Shown here: piece after piece, positions 1 to 8,143 of the stretch
How the letters are laid out: each line of letters opens with the position of its first letter
Numbering within the stretch: the first letter of the stretch is position 1
IMG/VR virus record: IMGVR_UViG_3300031774_000017
Span: 1-56,867 of that record
From: a virus
Lineage: Duplodnaviria > Caudoviricetes
Strand: one strand, 5' to 3'
DNA length: 56,867 nucleotides
Translations under genes and position numbers: made by a program
The notes under the pieces: generated by a model
Database searches by the model: none
What the model saw: the letters and a program-made list of their open reading frames with translations, nothing else
Told to the model about the DNA's origin: nothing

Positions 1-23
1 TATTTATTTTCCATACTTTTTTT

Positions 24-64
24 ATTTATTATATTATCTTTTATTTATATAATTAGTAACGTAT
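24..64 (-). promoter_or_regulatory. Putative phage early promoter, copy 1 (minus strand ATACGTTAC-N16-AGATAATATAATAAAT)
   Basis: Boxes atttattatattatct (24-39) and gtaacgtat (56-64) recur with identical spacing at 366-406; lies just upstream of a minus-strand ATG at 14-12. Confidence 0.55.
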
Positions 65-79
65 TTTTATATTTTATTT

Positions 80-286
80 TTAATATAATATATTTGAATT
101 TATATTATTTTTATTTATAAAACTTAAACCTTTATAATTAAATTCTACTATATTATTATCTTTTATATAATTTTTAATATTTAGTAAATCATTTATTTTA
201 AAACCTATAAATGTTTTATTTTTTATTTTTAATTTTTTAGTATTTAATATTTTAGTTGTATAATGTTTAGTATATAATTTTTGCAT
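80..286 (-). CDS. Small hypothetical protein (68 aa, K/N/I-rich)
   Basis: ORF track; sits downstream of promoter-like copy 2; low complexity. Confidence 0.4.
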   Translation of the reverse strand: MQKLYTKHYTTKILNTKKLKIKNKTFIGFKINDLLNIKNYIKDNNIVEFNYKGLSFINKNNINSNILY

Positions 287-365
287 ATTATTATTTTTTA
301 TTTAATTTTTATATTTTATTTTTTTTATTTTATTTTAAATATTTTATTTTATATTTATTTTTTTA

Positions 366-406
366 ATTTATTATATTATCTATTTTATATATAGTTTGTA
401 ACGTAT
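366..406 (-). promoter_or_regulatory. Putative phage early promoter, copy 2
   Basis: atttattatattatct (366-381) and gtaacgtat (398-406), same spacing as copy 1. Confidence 0.55.
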
Positions 407-848
407 ATTTATAAATTATATTAAAATTATTATATATTCAACAAATATGTCACATATTGAATATTTTGCACTATAATATAATATATACTAAATATAATTT
501 AAAATATATTTAAATATTATATATTTACTAAATATAATATAATTTATATAAAGTAAATAATATTAAATATTAATTATTAATGAAAATAAGTACATATATA
601 GTTGGAAATTACATTATTTGTAATAAAAATGTATATTTACCAATATATTAACAATATATAAGTATATTTATTAAATATAATACAAAGTATTGATTATTAA
701 GTTATTATATTAATAATACATTGTAATATATTCAACAATATATAGAAAACATTGTATATAATTCAAAAAAATGTACGTTTTATTGTCAAATATGGGGTGT
801 TTTATAAAATGACTTTCATAATTGACTGGCAATCAAGTACATATGTGT

Positions 849-867
849 GAACCCAAAGGTTCTTTTT
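849..867 (+). terminator. Small hairpin plus T-tract, terminator-like
   Basis: GAACC-CAAA-GGTTC followed by TTTTT. Confidence 0.3.
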
Positions 868-954
868 ACGCAATACTTTAATTTAATTGAATCAACTATT
901 TATTAAATAACATTAAAGACAGTGTTTATGTTAGAATTTGGTTACGATGATACC

Positions 955-1287
955 ATGAATCAACGACGTCCGAACTCACTCACAGGTACACCCCTTATGA
1001 AGCGATCTAAGCCGCCTGCCCCTTCCAAGAAGAAATCGCTAGGCTACTATAATAAAGCCAATAAGACCGGCACGGGTGCTAAAGCAGGTGGAGGTATGAG
1101 TCAAAAGGGCGTCAACAAATACAAGAAAGATAATCCTGGTAGTAAGCTTAAGACTGCGGTTACCACGCCGCCAAGTAAATTAAAGAAAGGCAGCAAAGCC
1201 GCTAAACGCAGAAAATCGTTTTGTGCTAGATCTAAGAGTTGGACCTCAGAAAGAGGTAGAGCAGCTAGAAGACGTTGGAACTGTTAA
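955..1287 (+). CDS. Small highly basic protein (DUF6321-like phage family)
   Basis: C-terminal AAKRRKSFCARSK...RAARRRWNC motif recalled from a common uncultured-phage family; ATG 955 preferred over GTG 922. Confidence 0.7.
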   Translation: MNQRRPNSLTGTPLMKRSKPPAPSKKKSLGYYNKANKTGTGAKAGGGMSQKGVNKYKKDNPGSKLKTAVTTPPSKLKKGSKAAKRRKSFCARSKSWTSERGRAARRRWNC

Positions 1288-1294
1288 AAAAAAA

Positions 1295-1525
1295 ATGAAA
1301 AAAATAATTGTTATCTTACTGTTAATTATAAGTTACTCCTGTGCTTCCATCAAAGGCCAGGCATATATAGATGTTAATGAAAATATGGATTTTGAACCAA
1401 ATGAAGATGTTAGATTCAGAACTAGGTTTAAAGTCGGTTATAAAATATATATAGGAGAAAAGAAAACATTGTTTGAAAAAAAGAAAAAGCAAAATGAATA
1501 TAGGATACCCGGATACAAAAAATAA
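1295..1525 (+). CDS. Small lipoprotein (76 aa)
   Basis: MKKIIVILLLIISYSC type II signal peptide with lipobox Cys; ATG at 1295 within ORF 1223..1525. Confidence 0.65.
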   Translation: MKKIIVILLLIISYSCASIKGQAYIDVNENMDFEPNEDVRFRTRFKVGYKIYIGEKKTLFEKKKKQNEYRIPGYKK

Positions 1526-1751
1526 AAAAGGAAGCGGTGGGCCTTTACTTAATACTAACCCTCCTGGAGAAGCTGTAGCACAGGGAATGATTTCAGGTAT
1601 GGCACCTATGATTCCAATAAAACCTAACTTGTTCAAAAAAGAGGGATTAAAAACCACTATTAAGGATAAGACACGTAAAAAACCAAATGTGCCTCCTAGA
1701 ATGAATTATAATTTGGACGTAAGAAAAACGCCAACAATAAGACAAACATAG
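1494..1751 (+). CDS. Hypothetical basic protein
   Basis: ORF in tightly packed operon; ATG at 1494. Confidence 0.65.
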   Translation: MNIGYPDTKNKKGSGGPLLNTNPPGEAVAQGMISGMAPMIPIKPNLFKKEGLKTTIKDKTRKKPNVPPRMNYNLDVRKTPTIRQT

Positions 1752-1753
1752 TT

Positions 1754-2449
1754 ATGCCTAAATTTCAAGAAAATACAGGATTTAAATTACCAGGAGTAGG
1801 ATCCAAAGAGATAGACACCCCGGGGGTATTTAGAAAAGAGCAGGGTGTAGAAGATGTTGGTTACTGTAAATGTACAGAGCCACATATGATGCCCAAGGGA
1901 TCTAGCCCACTTCTAAAGTCTACCTTTGACTCAGTTGTCCCTGATTACTACAGAACATCGTACACTCGTACTAGCTGGCCAGTTAAGAAAGGAGCTAAGT
2001 CAGAAACTAAGACTGCTAACCCAGGAGAGATAGAAACCACAGGTGGTGATCCAGGTAAAGATAAAGGTGATGGTAGAAGTAATGTGGAACAAACTGTAAA
2101 TATCTACGGTTATGGTGGCGGTAAAGAACCAAAAGATTATTTTAGCAAATTTCTTAATAACAATACAACAAATACTACTCCAAAAGATACAAGTACATCT
2201 AGCAATATAAATAGAGAAAAAGTAACTACAGCTACACCTGGTAAAAGTATGAAACAAGCATACGCTGATGCGTTAAGACTTGGTTATAGAGATGCAGATG
2301 AAAGCTTTGAGGATTATTCAGCAAGAGCTAAAAAAGATAAAAATTACGGAAAAGGTGGTGGTTCATCTACTAAATATTATGTAAATGGTAAGGAAGTAAG
2401 TAAAAAAGCTTACGATGATGCCGCACCTGGAACTAAATATAAATTATAA
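1754..2449 (+). CDS. Hypothetical protein (231 aa, G/K/T-rich, putative virion cargo)
   Basis: ORF; TAATG coupling to next gene; SSPLLK motif. Confidence 0.75.
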   Translation: MPKFQENTGFKLPGVGSKEIDTPGVFRKEQGVEDVGYCKCTEPHMMPKGSSPLLKSTFDSVVPDYYRTSYTRTSWPVKKGAKSETKTANPGEIETTGGDPGKDKGDGRSNVEQTVNIYGYGGGKEPKDYFSKFLNNNTTNTTPKDTSTSSNINREKVTTATPGKSMKQAYADALRLGYRDADESFEDYSARAKKDKNYGKGGGSSTKYYVNGKEVSKKAYDDAAPGTKYKL

Positions 2450-3045
2450 TGGCTAAAAAAGAAACAATAACAGAAATAAGAGAAAAGCCAGGAATGTCCA
2501 ACGCTGGTAAATATAAAAATGTAAAAGCAAAAGACTTTTGTGGACCAAACGGAACCTACCCTGTCAATACACTCAAAAGAGCAAAAGCTGCACTAAGCTA
2601 TTCAAAATTTGCTTCTGACCCCGGTGATATAGTAAGTTGTGTAAATAAAAAATATCCAGAGCTTGCTAAGAAAGAATCTGATGACAAAAAGAAAAAAGCT
2701 CCTCTTGCTTATGGATCAGGCCCTTTATTTAATAAACCTCCAAAGTATAAAAAAGGTGATCTTATAGATGAAACAGATCACGAAGAAGGTAAGTATACTA
2801 CTACAAATAAAAAAAGACCTGGTAATCAGTATAATGTTGAAAACATAAGTGCAATTAAAGAAGATGATAAAGGTCAATATATGGTTAGTTTAGACGAAGA
2901 TGAATTTGGTGATAGCGGTAAAAAGAAACGTGTAACTAACTACGATCAAGGTCCTAATGCAGTAAGAGATACATTAAGACCTGCAAAAGGAAAAGTTTTT
3001 CGAAAAATTACAAAAAATAAATATAACAACAAACCAAAAGCGTAA
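2449..3045 (+). CDS. Hypothetical basic protein (198 aa)
   Basis: ORF; FCGPNGTYPVNTLKRAKAALSY motif typical of small phage proteins. Confidence 0.75.
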   Translation: MAKKETITEIREKPGMSNAGKYKNVKAKDFCGPNGTYPVNTLKRAKAALSYSKFASDPGDIVSCVNKKYPELAKKESDDKKKKAPLAYGSGPLFNKPPKYKKGDLIDETDHEEGKYTTTNKKRPGNQYNVENISAIKEDDKGQYMVSLDEDEFGDSGKKKRVTNYDQGPNAVRDTLRPAKGKVFRKITKNKYNNKPKA

Positions 3046-3048
3046 GTC

Positions 3049-3174
3049 ATGGGAAAAGATAAGAAAGAACACAAAGAAGAAGTAAAAGTTGAAAAAGTAA
3101 AAGTTGATTTAGTAACCCGTCCAGGCGGTGGAGTTACAGTAGACAACAAAAAAACCAGCAGAAGATTTAAGTAA
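3049..3174 (+). CDS. Small hypothetical protein (41 aa, MGKDKKEHKEEV...)
   Basis: Manually translated; starts 3 nt after previous stop; below ORF-track cutoff. Confidence 0.55.
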   Translation: MGKDKKEHKEEVKVEKVKVDLVTRPGGGVTVDNKKTSRRFK

Positions 3175-3180
3175 ATTAAA

Positions 3181-3212
3181 ACCCTCCAGAGTCTAGGGTA
3201 CAGCAAAGACTC
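3181..3212 (+). promoter_or_regulatory. H-type RNA pseudoknot in the leader of the 3241 gene
   Basis: S1 ACCCT(3181-85)/AGGGT(3195-99); S2 GAGTCT(3189-94)/AGACTC(3207-12); loops 3, 0 and 7 nt. Confidence 0.6.
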
Positions 3213-3240
3213 ACATATTAACCAATTAAACCGAAATATT

Positions 3241-3543
3241 ATGACATATTTATATTATAATTACAGAACTTGGAACAACAGTCAAACTGAACCACAAATA
3301 CCAGAAGAGACTATAAAGATGTGGGAACGCGTTGCTAAAAAAAGCAACTGGCGTATAGTTGAACTACCAAATGGTTATTTTCAAACTGAATGTCTTGGTA
3401 CACAAAAAGAAGGACAGTGGGAAGATGTAACCCGTAGAGAAACTATTGAAGGTGCAGAGCGCGCAATTGATTCTTCCATCGAACATTATAAAAAGAAACT
3501 TAAGGCACTCCAAGGCCCTAAGGTTGTTAAAACATTTAAATAA
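3241..3543 (+). CDS. Conserved hypothetical phage protein (100 aa)
   Basis: ORF with globular-looking WRIVELPNGYFQTE...WEDVTRRETIEGAE sequence. Confidence 0.8.
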   Translation: MTYLYYNYRTWNNSQTEPQIPEETIKMWERVAKKSNWRIVELPNGYFQTECLGTQKEGQWEDVTRRETIEGAERAIDSSIEHYKKKLKALQGPKVVKTFK

Positions 3544-3707
3544 TGGCTTTAAGAAGAAAAAAAAGTGCAAAAAAGAAATCAGGCTCTAAAAAAGATGCTT
3601 GTTATTATAGCGTAAAGGCGAGGTACGATGTTTTTCCATCGGCCTACGCCTCTGGCGCAATTGCTAAATGTCGTAAACGTGGCGGTCCTAAAAGAAAGAA
3701 AAAGTAA
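3543..3707 (+). CDS. Small basic protein (54 aa, KDACYYSVKARYDVFPSAYASGAIAKCRK)
   Basis: Manually translated; TAATG overlaps on both sides; PSAYASG motif recalled from phage small basic proteins. Confidence 0.75.
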   Translation: MALRRKKSAKKKSGSKKDACYYSVKARYDVFPSAYASGAIAKCRKRGGPKRKKK

Positions 3708-3874
3708 TGGCAGGAAAAAAAGTTAAAGCTCCTGCAGGTTTTCACTGGATGAAAAAAGGTAATAATTATACTTTAATGAAACATTCAGGTAAATTTGTAC
3801 CACATAAAGGAGCATCTTTACATGCCACATTTAATATACAAAAAGTACATAAAGGTGGCAGTAAGAAAAACTAA
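3707..3874 (+). CDS. Small basic protein (55 aa, VKAPAGFHWMKKG...)
   Basis: Manually translated; coupled to upstream stop. Confidence 0.7.
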   Translation: MAGKKVKAPAGFHWMKKGNNYTLMKHSGKFVPHKGASLHATFNIQKVHKGGSKKN

Positions 3875-4151
3875 AAAGGGATTAGCACTTAAACGTTGGT
3901 TTAAAGAAAAGTGGACCGACGAAAAAGGTAATGTGTGCGGTTCTACCAAAAATAAAAAAACAAAAAAATGCCGACCCTCTAAAAGAGTATCAGGTAAAAC
4001 AGTTAAAACTTGGGGTGAAATGTCTTCTTCAGAAAAGAAGCGGGCTGTTGCTGAAAAAAAGAGAGTTGGTATGGGAAGGAAGACTTCTCAAATAAGAAAA
4101 AAAACTACAAAAGCAAAAAAGAATGGCCCTACCAAAAAACGGCGTAGCTAA
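3855..4151 (+). CDS. Small basic protein (DUF5872-like, LKRWFKEKW...CRPSKRVS)
   Basis: GTG at 3855 in ORF 3795..4151; motif recalled from a widespread phage family. Confidence 0.7.
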   Translation: MAVRKTKKGLALKRWFKEKWTDEKGNVCGSTKNKKTKKCRPSKRVSGKTVKTWGEMSSSEKKRAVAEKKRVGMGRKTSQIRKKTTKAKKNGPTKKRRS

Positions 4152-4536
4152 AGAAATCCGCTCATATGCGGGCAGTTTATTTGTATTCCTATTTGTTATA
4201 GGTATTATTATTACATTATTGCAATTCCCAGTATTAGAATCTAATAAGGAAGTTGTTATGATGCTCATAGGAACAATAGCTGCAAGTATACCTATAATAA
4301 TAAGTAGCATCACTGGTACAAAACCAGATGATATTGAATCACTTAAAGCTACAATAGATAAAAAAGAAAACCATATTGAAACACTTGTTGGTGAAAAAGA
4401 TCGTCTAGAAGGTATGGTGATTAACTTACAGAAAGAAATGTTAAAAAACCAAGACGATATAATGGATAAAATTATTTTAAAAGCAGCTATGGACTTTGAT
4501 GATAGAAACGCAAGCTGTAAATGTAAAAACAACTAA
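4123..4536 (+). CDS. Membrane protein, two TM helices plus C-terminal coiled coil
   Basis: Hydrophobic segments SLFVFLFVIGIIITLL and VVMMLIGTIAASIPIII followed by heptad-like charged helix. Confidence 0.75.
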   Translation: MALPKNGVAKEIRSYAGSLFVFLFVIGIIITLLQFPVLESNKEVVMMLIGTIAASIPIIISSITGTKPDDIESLKATIDKKENHIETLVGEKDRLEGMVINLQKEMLKNQDDIMDKIILKAAMDFDDRNASCKCKNN

Positions 4537-4539
4537 ATT

Positions 4540-5106
4540 ATGAAAGATACAAAAATTACTAAAAAAAATGTAGGTGCGGCTATCAGAGATGATAAAGCTC
4601 ATATGGATTATTTAAAAAGAGATATAAACTATGATGCTAAGCATGGCCACAGTGATATTAATATGACTGCTGATGAAAAACATATTTCAAAATTAGCAGG
4701 AGATGTAAGAGCTGATGGTAGCTTTTTATCTAAGCATTACAGTCATAATAGAGTATTTTCTCACGGTGGACCTGGAATGTTTAAAGATAGCTACGGTGGT
4801 GAATCTGTAGAATTAAAAGATCAAATGAGCCCTGCGGCTATGTATGATAAAAGTCCTGTAAAGGCTACTGAAGAATTTAAAGAAACTATAGCTGAAAGTG
4901 ATGCAAATGATGGATTCAAAGAAGCAATTGCGGCCACTGAAACTACTCCAGCTAAAATGATGGATAGTAACCCTGTTCTATATGTAGATGGCACTCCAGC
5001 TTACTATATGACACCTATAAAAGATGTAGAAGGTGAAGGTGAAAAAATTACTAAAAGACAAGGACCTGAAAGTAAATTTAACCCCAGCGGTACACTTAAA
5101 AAATAA
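4540..5106 (+). CDS. Hypothetical protein with many SP/TP motifs (188 aa)
   Basis: ORF; repeated SPAAM, SPVKA, TPAKM, NPVLY, TPAYY, TPIKD. Confidence 0.75.
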   Translation: MKDTKITKKNVGAAIRDDKAHMDYLKRDINYDAKHGHSDINMTADEKHISKLAGDVRADGSFLSKHYSHNRVFSHGGPGMFKDSYGGESVELKDQMSPAAMYDKSPVKATEEFKETIAESDANDGFKEAIAATETTPAKMMDSNPVLYVDGTPAYYMTPIKDVEGEGEKITKRQGPESKFNPSGTLKK

Positions 5107-5182
5107 GCCACGGATAAAAATCTGAACGGTTACGTAGACTAAACATACAAAAAACCGTGATGACGATTACATCCCCTGTGGC
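5107..5182 (+). ncRNA. Putative multibranch structured RNA (76 nt), intergenic
   Basis: Closing stem GCCACGG/CTGTGGC; inner stems ACGGTT/AACCGT and GATG/CATC. Confidence 0.4.
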
Positions 5183-5198
5183 ATAATATATATAATAT

Positions 5199-5822
5199 AT
5201 GTTTGGATTAGGAAATAGAAAAGAAAGACTCCAAAGAAGGGAAGAAAGACTTACCAGAAGAATTGATAGTGCTGAAGACGAAGAAAAAAAAAGAAGACTT
5301 GAAGAGCGCAGACAAAATGTAAACAGAAAGAAAAAGGAAGCGGCATTTGATGACTATTACAAATCTTTAGAAGAAAATTATAAAGGAAGTAAAAATAATC
5401 CTTTTAATTATACTATGCCTAAAGATGCATTAGAAGTAATAGAAGGAGAGGAAAGTAGTCCTGTTGGTTATATGATGGTTGGTGCTAAAGTAAAAGGATC
5501 TAGTCCTAATCAAGCTTTTTCTATGAAAGATCATAATACTATAACAAATTTGCAAGGTGACAATAAAGTAAATTCTGAAGGCACATTTAGAACTAACTCT
5601 CAAAATATTTATGCAAGTTTTGATAGCCCTATCGCTTTTAGGGGTATGAATGCTGCATTTAAAAAAGATTCAGGTCCTACGCAAGGAATGTGGTCTTTAA
5701 AAATGGGTGATAGAATAACTCAGCAAAATGCACAAGGATTACAAAACGCTTCAACTGCGCTGTCAATGGCAACCGACGTTGCAAAAATGTTTGTGCCAGG
5801 CGGAGCTTTTGGCAAAAAATAA
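5199..5822 (+). CDS. Hypothetical protein (207 aa; charged N-terminal helix, SP motifs)
   Basis: ORF track. Confidence 0.75.
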   Translation: MFGLGNRKERLQRREERLTRRIDSAEDEEKKRRLEERRQNVNRKKKEAAFDDYYKSLEENYKGSKNNPFNYTMPKDALEVIEGEESSPVGYMMVGAKVKGSSPNQAFSMKDHNTITNLQGDNKVNSEGTFRTNSQNIYASFDSPIAFRGMNAAFKKDSGPTQGMWSLKMGDRITQQNAQGLQNASTALSMATDVAKMFVPGGAFGKK

Positions 5823-5853
5823 AATATAATATAATTTAATTTAATTTAATTTA

Positions 5854-7440
5854 ATGGCACAATTTGGGGGGCCTAAGTTAGTGAAAGAACTGCACTTTGA
5901 TGACAAAGCTAAGTTAAAACTAACAAGAGGTATAAATAAAATAGCAAATTCTGTAGGGTCAACACTGGGGCCAAGCGGAAGAACAGTAGTAATAGAAGAT
6001 GACTTTGGTAATCCACATGTAACTAAAGATGGAGTTACTGTTGCAAATTCAATAATGTTAAAAAATCCAGTAGAAAATTTAGGTGTTGCTATGATGAAAC
6101 AAGCAGCACAGCAAACAGCTAATATAGCCGGAGATGGCACCACCACCTCTATAGTGCTAGCTCAGGCTATAATCGGCTGTTATAAAGAACAAAATGGTGC
6201 AGATTTTTCTTTTAGAGATATAAGAAGTGGTATTGATAAATACAAAACTCACATCCTTAAAATTTTAGAAGATAAATCAATTAAGATAACTGAAGACAGA
6301 TTAAACGATGTTTCTACTATATCCGCTAATAATGATAAAGTATTAGGTAAATTAATAGCAGATGCATTTCGAGAAGCTGGGGATAATGGTATAGTAGCTA
6401 TGGAAACATCACCTACGAGTGAAACATATGTTGATACTGTTGAAGGTACTAAACTTAATTCAACTTATAGAACGCATCATTTTTACACTAATAAGGAAAA
6501 AGAAGTTTCTGAGTTAGATAATCCATTGGTGTTTATAAGTGCATCGGATATTCCTAATGTCAGAAAAATTCAAGACATCCTGGAGTACGCTATTAAGTCT
6601 AATCGTAGCATACTCCTTATTGCTCCACTTGAGTCGCAGCCGTTAACAGCTCTAGCGATGAATATGGTGAAAGGCAATATTAAGGTCAATGTAATAGATC
6701 CACCTAGCTTTGGACTTAAGCGAAAGGATATTCTCGAAGATCTAGCATTGCTTGTCGGGGCTCAAGTATTTGACGAAAGCCTTGGGGATTCGATTGACTC
6801 AATCACCCCTGACCTGTTAGGAGAAGCAGATAAAGCTATCTCGGATAAAGACGGAACTGTGCTCGTCATAAAAGAAAAATCAAAAGAAGCACAAGAACGC
6901 ATAGAATATTTAAAAACTGCGCTTGAAAAAGAAGATCATCACGTTTTAACTAAACATTTAAATGATCGTCTTGCTTTACTCTGTGGTGGTGTATCTATAA
7001 TATATGTAGGTGCAGATACAGATGTAGAGTTAAAAGAAAAACAAGACAGAGTAGATGATGCAATTCATGCTGTTAAAGCTGCTAGAAAAGAAGGTATATT
7101 ACCCGGTGGCGGATCAGCACTTGCTTTTGCAAGTAAAATGGATTGGGAGATGAAACTTAATCAAGGCGAATTAAAAGGAGTCGAAATATTAAAAGATTCT
7201 CTTATAACACCATATACAAAAATATTAGCTAACAGTGGATATGACGCAAAAAATTATTCAAGCTTTCCTAACTGGGGTTGGGGTCTTGATGTTACCTGCG
7301 GATGTATTAAAAAAGATTTAATAGATAAAGGTATTATTGATCCACTTCTTGTTACTAAGACTGCGTTAAATAATGCAATATCTGTTGCAACTACTATATT
7401 ATCAACCGATTGTGTAATTTCAAATGTTAGAGAAGAATGA
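5854..7440 (+). CDS. groEL: Phage-encoded chaperonin GroEL (Cpn60)
   Basis: TLGPSGR, VTKDGVTVA, AGDGTTT, ELKEKQDRVDDA, GILPGGG, GIIDPLLVTK motifs; no C-terminal GGM tail. Confidence 0.97.
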   Translation: MAQFGGPKLVKELHFDDKAKLKLTRGINKIANSVGSTLGPSGRTVVIEDDFGNPHVTKDGVTVANSIMLKNPVENLGVAMMKQAAQQTANIAGDGTTTSIVLAQAIIGCYKEQNGADFSFRDIRSGIDKYKTHILKILEDKSIKITEDRLNDVSTISANNDKVLGKLIADAFREAGDNGIVAMETSPTSETYVDTVEGTKLNSTYRTHHFYTNKEKEVSELDNPLVFISASDIPNVRKIQDILEYAIKSNRSILLIAPLESQPLTALAMNMVKGNIKVNVIDPPSFGLKRKDILEDLALLVGAQVFDESLGDSIDSITPDLLGEADKAISDKDGTVLVIKEKSKEAQERIEYLKTALEKEDHHVLTKHLNDRLALLCGGVSIIYVGADTDVELKEKQDRVDDAIHAVKAARKEGILPGGGSALAFASKMDWEMKLNQGELKGVEILKDSLITPYTKILANSGYDAKNYSSFPNWGWGLDVTCGCIKKDLIDKGIIDPLLVTKTALNNAISVATTILSTDCVISNVREE

Positions 7441-7691
7441 AAGCAATAGGTAATTTTATAGTTATTGATGAAATAAATGAGCCACTTACAAAAACTGCAG
7501 GTGGCTTAGAGTTAACAGATAAACTAAAAGAAGATATAAGATACAGAAAAGGTAAAATTATATCTTCAGGGCCTGATTTACTTAAAAAAGACCAAGTAAT
7601 ACTTTTTGATAGAGTTGCAGGTTTTCCTGTAGAATATGAAAGCTATGTTTACAAAGTAATTAGTCTTCGAGATGTTATAGCAATAATATAA
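7437..7691 (+). CDS. groES: Co-chaperonin GroES (Cpn10)
   Basis: 84 aa; KAIGNFIVI...KTAGGLEL mobile-loop-like motif; ATGA overlap with groEL. Confidence 0.88.
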   Translation: MKAIGNFIVIDEINEPLTKTAGGLELTDKLKEDIRYRKGKIISSGPDLLKKDQVILFDRVAGFPVEYESYVYKVISLRDVIAII

Positions 7692-8140
7692 TGGATCGAA
7701 CAGATTTTTTAGAACGGGGTGAACTTAAAATAGATTTTCTTAAATACTACAGATTAGTTTCTAGATGGGCAGCTAAAAATAATGATTTAAAAATTGCTGA
7801 TTTAGAACTTTTATTTTATTTAGATCCTATTACTTATTTTACTATAAACGATTTTAAAGATGGCACAATATATTATTCGTGGGATAAAGCAAGGTTTTAC
7901 AGACTTCAAAGAGACGGTTGGATTACTAAGGTTCATCTTGGGAAAGGGCGTTCTGGAGATCACAATAAATATAAAGTAAGCCAAAAAGGTAAATTACTTA
8001 TTAATAAAATATATCGTATTTTAATTGGCAAAGAAGATATACCATCTTCAGCAAGACGAAATAAGGTAATGCAAAGAAAAACTTATATAGACAAAGTATA
8101 TAGCCAAGCTATAAAAAAATTCAACAAAAAAAATATTTAA
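7691..8140 (+). CDS. Putative winged-helix DNA-binding protein
   Basis: LKIADLELLFYL...RLQRDGWI...YKVSQKGK pattern resembles MarR-type wHTH. Confidence 0.55.
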   Translation: MDRTDFLERGELKIDFLKYYRLVSRWAAKNNDLKIADLELLFYLDPITYFTINDFKDGTIYYSWDKARFYRLQRDGWITKVHLGKGRSGDHNKYKVSQKGKLLINKIYRILIGKEDIPSSARRNKVMQRKTYIDKVYSQAIKKFNKKNI

Positions 8141-8143
8141 AAA

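Larger units (their letters stand above)
1..790. other. Extremely AT-rich divergence region; candidate origin/early regulatory region
   Basis: Almost only A/T; T-rich up to ~400 and A-rich after ~480; separates minus-strand ORFs from the long + strand arm; contains ATATATT(C)AACAA(T)ATAT-type repeats at ~432, ~643, ~726. Confidence 0.5.

Noticed and set aside
1-790. CRISPR array or tandem repeat
   Set aside because: Only low-complexity AT sequence and two or three dispersed motifs; no regular repeat-spacer units
5107-5182. Canonical tRNA or hammerhead ribozyme
   Set aside because: No T-loop/D-loop consensus and no CUGANGA/GAAA core
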